DNA of 64,000 bases, from positions 13,299-77,298 of IMG/VR virus record IMGVR_UViG_3300042197_003344, one strand, 5' to 3'. The translations under genes were made by a program, and so were the position numbers. Within the stretch, counting starts at the first letter, position 1, and every line of letters starts with the position of its first letter. The notes beneath the pieces were generated by a model. The model ran no database searches, was not told where the DNA came from, and saw only the letters and a program-made list of their open reading frames with translations. The stretch comes from a virus. Shown one piece after another: positions 63,618-64,000 of this stretch.

Positions 63618-64000
63618 TATAGTGTCTCGCCGCCTACTGTGCGGTTGCAGGCACAGAGTTCACCAGTTTGTAACGCATCTAACACACGAAGTGTTTCTTC
63701 TGGGCTACGGCCAACGTTCAAGTTGTTGACAGTAACGTGTTGGATAACGTTGTCCGGGTCAACAATAAATGTAGCACGAAGTGCGGCACCTGCTGGGGCA
63801 AAGAATACACCCAACTGCTCAACAAGACTTAGTTCCCCGCGCTGTGTGTCAGCGAATTGAATGTGTTTGATCCTAGCAAGATCGCTGTGAGCTTTTTGCC
63901 AACCTAGTTTGCAGAACTCATTGTCTGTTGAGCCAGTTAGCAATACTGCATCACGGTCGGCGAAGTCGCTATTCAACTTGTCGTAGGCAACAATTTCTGT
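63617..64000 (-). CDS. ahpC: Peroxiredoxin AhpC-type, C-terminal part (5' end beyond window)
   Basis: STDNEF, LRATFIVDP, VGRSPEETLRVLDALQTGELC. Confidence 0.85.
   Translation of the reverse strand, partial: TEIVAYDKLNSDFADRDAVLLTGSTDNEFCKLGWQKAHSDLARIKHIQFADTQRGELSLVEQLGVFFAPAGAALRATFIVDPDNVIQHVTVNNLNVGRSPEETLRVLDALQTGELCACNRTVGGETL

Noticed and set aside
1-64000. Stop-codon reassignment (TAG) suggested by two amber-containing mini-ORFs
   Set aside because: Conserved long genes are uninterrupted under code 11, TAG ends real genes (e.g. 21744), and there is no CTA-anticodon tRNA in the array.
1-64000. Bacterial chromosome origin (dnaK, rpsU, infA, rpoZ, guaC)
   Set aside because: These genes lack their usual bacterial neighbours (dnaJ/grpE, dnaG, gmk/spoT) and sit among phage-type small ORFs, a fibre gene and TAAATA promoters. 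No capsid or terminase is in the window, so phage identity remains an inference.

Overview
This 64-kb window looks like part of a large (jumbo) tailed-phage genome, probably T4-related. It has dense, mostly minus-strand genes, near-consensus sigma70 promoters (TTGACA-17-TATAAT) and a second TAAATA late-type promoter class. Host-derived genes (dnaK, rpoZ, pqqA, NAD-dependent formate dehydrogenase) suggest a proteobacterial, possibly methylotrophic, host (inference). (1) 1-19.3 kb is an AT-rich enzyme island: 7 radical-SAM genes (one partial, one B12-dependent), about 6 Fe(II)/2OG-type dioxygenases, a QueC-like PP-loop ATPase, SDRs, GNAT, kinase-like, PLP enzyme, amidinotransferase and two glycosyltransferase-like paralogs, ending at an Mtd-type fibre gene. 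(2) 21-29.6 kb holds IF-1, RNAP omega and 31 tRNAs covering all 20 amino acids, several structurally aberrant and interspersed with unannotated structured RNAs. The array is preceded by an unannotated 46-codon leader ORF containing all 20 amino acids, coupled to mutually exclusive antiterminator/terminator hairpins: a candidate pan-tRNA-sensing attenuator and the top finding. (3) 29.6-37 kb has ClpP, small paralogs, a phosphoesterase, membrane proteins and a PBP7-like peptidase. (4) 37-45 kb has csgF-csgG, curlin-like genes, FecR and a CHASE2 adenylate cyclase. (5) 45-64 kb has heme oxygenase plus bilin reductase, ClpS, Hsp20 and DnaK (sharing a ROSE-like leader), GuaC, bS21, lipoproteins, a SleB hydrolase with a structured leader, an unannotated pqqA beside fdh, a PlcP-like/GT4 pair, RimK with an acidic peptide, SGNH and AhpC. 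All calls come from manual motif reading; no database search or folding software was run.
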